The notes under the pieces are model-generated. The model made no database searches. It was not told the DNA's origin and was given only the letters and a program-made list of their open reading frames with translations. A stretch of DNA of 64,000 nt from an uncultured delta proteobacterium (GTDB lineage Bacteria > Desulfobacterota > Binatia > UBA9968), in NCBI GenBank assembly GCA_963847445.1, contig CAWJZV010000006.1, positions 64,001 to 128,000 on the forward strand, given 5' to 3'. Positions 62,374 to 64,000 of the stretch are shown one piece after another. The position numbers were made by a program, and so were the translations under genes. Numbering within the stretch: position 1 is the stretch's first letter; every line of letters starts with the position of its first letter.

Positions 62374-64000
62374 ATGACCAACCGCTTCGAGATAGCTGCC
62401 GATAAACTCACTTGGCGCTGCGACTTGACCGCTCTGCCTTTTACTTGCACCGCGGATATGACGCCGCTGGAAGATTTTATCGGCCAGGATCGGGCAATTC
62501 GGGCGATCGAGTTCGGCCTAGGCGTCGACAAACCGGGCTTCAACATTTTCGTCACCGGACTTACCGGCACGGGCAAAACCAGCATCATCAAGGCGTTTCT
62601 CAAAAAGGTGACCAGTTTAACCCCGGCGCCGGCCGATGCTGCGACGCCCGAGGATTGGTGCTACGTATATAACTTTGGCGATCCCGACCGGCCCCTGGCG
62701 CTGAAGATCCGCCGTGGTTTCGGCAAAGCGCTCAAGAGCGACATGGAGCAGTTAATTCAGAATCTCCAGCGCGAGGCGAAGAAACTATTCGAGAGCGATG
62801 AGTTCGCGCACCAGCGCCAAGGGCTGATCGAACAGCTGCAAAAGAAACAGCAGGAGATGATGGAAGGCTTGATGGCGGAAGCCAGCCAGGCCGGTTTCGC
62901 CCTGCGCATGACGCCCTCCGGGATCGTGCTGCTGCCGACTAAAGACGGCAAGCCGATGCAGGAGGCGGACTATCTCGCGTTATCGCCAAGCGAAAAAAAA
63001 CAGCTGGAGGAGCGCCGCAGCGAGATCGAGAAGCAAGTCGAAGATACTCTGCGCGACGGCAAGAAGCTCGAGCGCGAGATTGCCGCAAGACTGGAGACTG
63101 TGGAGACCGAAGCCGGCGATTATTTGGTGCGCAATCCATTGACCGAGCTCAAACAAAAGTATCAGGACTATCCCAGGGTCTTGGCCTACCTCGACGGCGT
63201 GCGCGAACATATTTTAAAAAACTTGCAGCGCTTCAAAGGCGAGGCGGCGGCGCCAGCCGGTCCCATGGGCGCGATGGCCTACGGCGAACCGCCGGGGGAT
63301 CCGTTTCTACCGTACCGGGTCAATGTTTTCGTCGACAACGGCGATACCCAGGGCGCGCCGATCATCGTCGAAACCAACCCGACTTATCACAATCTTTTCG
63401 GTGTCATCGAGAAAAAACCGATCATGGGCGGTTACACTACTGACTTTACGCTGATTAAAGCCGGTTCTATCAGTAAAGCTAACGGCGGCTACCTGGTGCT
63501 TTACGACCGGGAAGTCCTCGCCAATGCCGGCTGCTGGGAAGCGCTGCAACGGGTCATCAAGAATCGCGAGTTGCGCATCGAGGAGCCGGGCGCCTTCTTT
63601 GGCTTCGTGCCGCCCCAGGGGTTGCGGCCGGAACCGATCCCCACCGATACCAAAGTGATCATGATCGGCGATCCTTCACTCTATCGCCTCCTGGCGACCG
63701 CTGATCCCGACTTCCGTGAGACGTTCAAGGTCAAAGCCGATTTCAACTTTGAAGTCGACCGCACCCAGGAAAATATCACGGCGTTCGCCTGTTTCATCAG
63801 CGACTATTGCAAACGGGAAGGGATCCGCCACTTCGAGACCGACGGTGTTGCCAGGGTGATCGAGCAGTGCGCGCGCCAGGTCGAGGACCAGAATAAACTA
63901 TCGACCCGCTTCAGCGACATGGTCGATCTTTTGATCGAGTCGGATTACTGGGCGGGCAAGGAGAAGGCCGAACTGGTTTCCGGCAAGCATGTCGAGCGCG
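62374..64000 (+). CDS. Lon-like (LonB/AAA_32) ATP-dependent protease, 3' end outside window
   Basis: GQDRA..AIEFG, GLTGTGKT, DWCYVYNF..P, ETNPTY.NLFG, KANGGYL, FKVKADF; GAGGAG RBS. Confidence 0.88.
   Translation, partial: MTNRFEIAADKLTWRCDLTALPFTCTADMTPLEDFIGQDRAIRAIEFGLGVDKPGFNIFVTGLTGTGKTSIIKAFLKKVTSLTPAPADAATPEDWCYVYNFGDPDRPLALKIRRGFGKALKSDMEQLIQNLQREAKKLFESDEFAHQRQGLIEQLQKKQQEMMEGLMAEASQAGFALRMTPSGIVLLPTKDGKPMQEADYLALSPSEKKQLEERRSEIEKQVEDTLRDGKKLEREIAARLETVETEAGDYLVRNPLTELKQKYQDYPRVLAYLDGVREHILKNLQRFKGEAAAPAGPMGAMAYGEPPGDPFLPYRVNVFVDNGDTQGAPIIVETNPTYHNLFGVIEKKPIMGGYTTDFTLIKAGSISKANGGYLVLYDREVLANAGCWEALQRVIKNRELRIEEPGAFFGFVPPQGLRPEPIPTDTKVIMIGDPSLYRLLATADPDFRETFKVKADFNFEVDRTQENITAFACFISDYCKREGIRHFETDGVARVIEQCARQVEDQNKLSTRFSDMVDLLIESDYWAGKEKAELVSGKHVER

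Overview
Bacterial chromosomal window, GC-rich. The gene families look like Candidatus Binatia/Binatota-type deltaproteobacteria (inference from family content only). About ten otherwise intact genes are split by single indels, so the sequence probably carries long-read errors. (1) 1-11.7 kb is an AT-richer island of small stress-type proteins (DUF1328 x2, DUF3096, CsbD-like, PRC-barrel, micro-proteins) with five sigma54 promoters, a hybrid kinase and an NtrC/GlrR-type activator. (2) 11.8-22.2 kb holds thiSGE under a TPP riboswitch, holA with a PLD nuclease, a 6S RNA and a D,D-carboxypeptidase. (3) 22.3-29.7 kb is an unusual MarR-associated operon: CCG/Fe-S oxidoreductase, divergent nucleoside phosphorylase, MtnA with a duplicated degenerate domain, class II aldolase-SCP2 fusion, acyl-CoA ligase, then a PPTase. 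(4) 30.3-31.0 kb is an ORF-less group II intron whose EBS1/EBS2 match the stop-codon junction of an ABC substrate-binding gene tail; an MNT-HEPN toxin-antitoxin pair follows. (5) 33.4-35.7 kb has two paralogous coiled-coil/LAS-like metallopeptidases flanking a sigma54-driven Flp pilin. (6) The remainder is mostly housekeeping (glgP, mltG, moxR, panE, ribBA-like, degQ, pepF, bepA, Lon-like), plus an unexplained ~230-nt structured intergenic RNA candidate and two paralogues of an uncharacterised small protein family. No CRISPR array, rRNA, tRNA, transposase or reverse transcriptase was seen.
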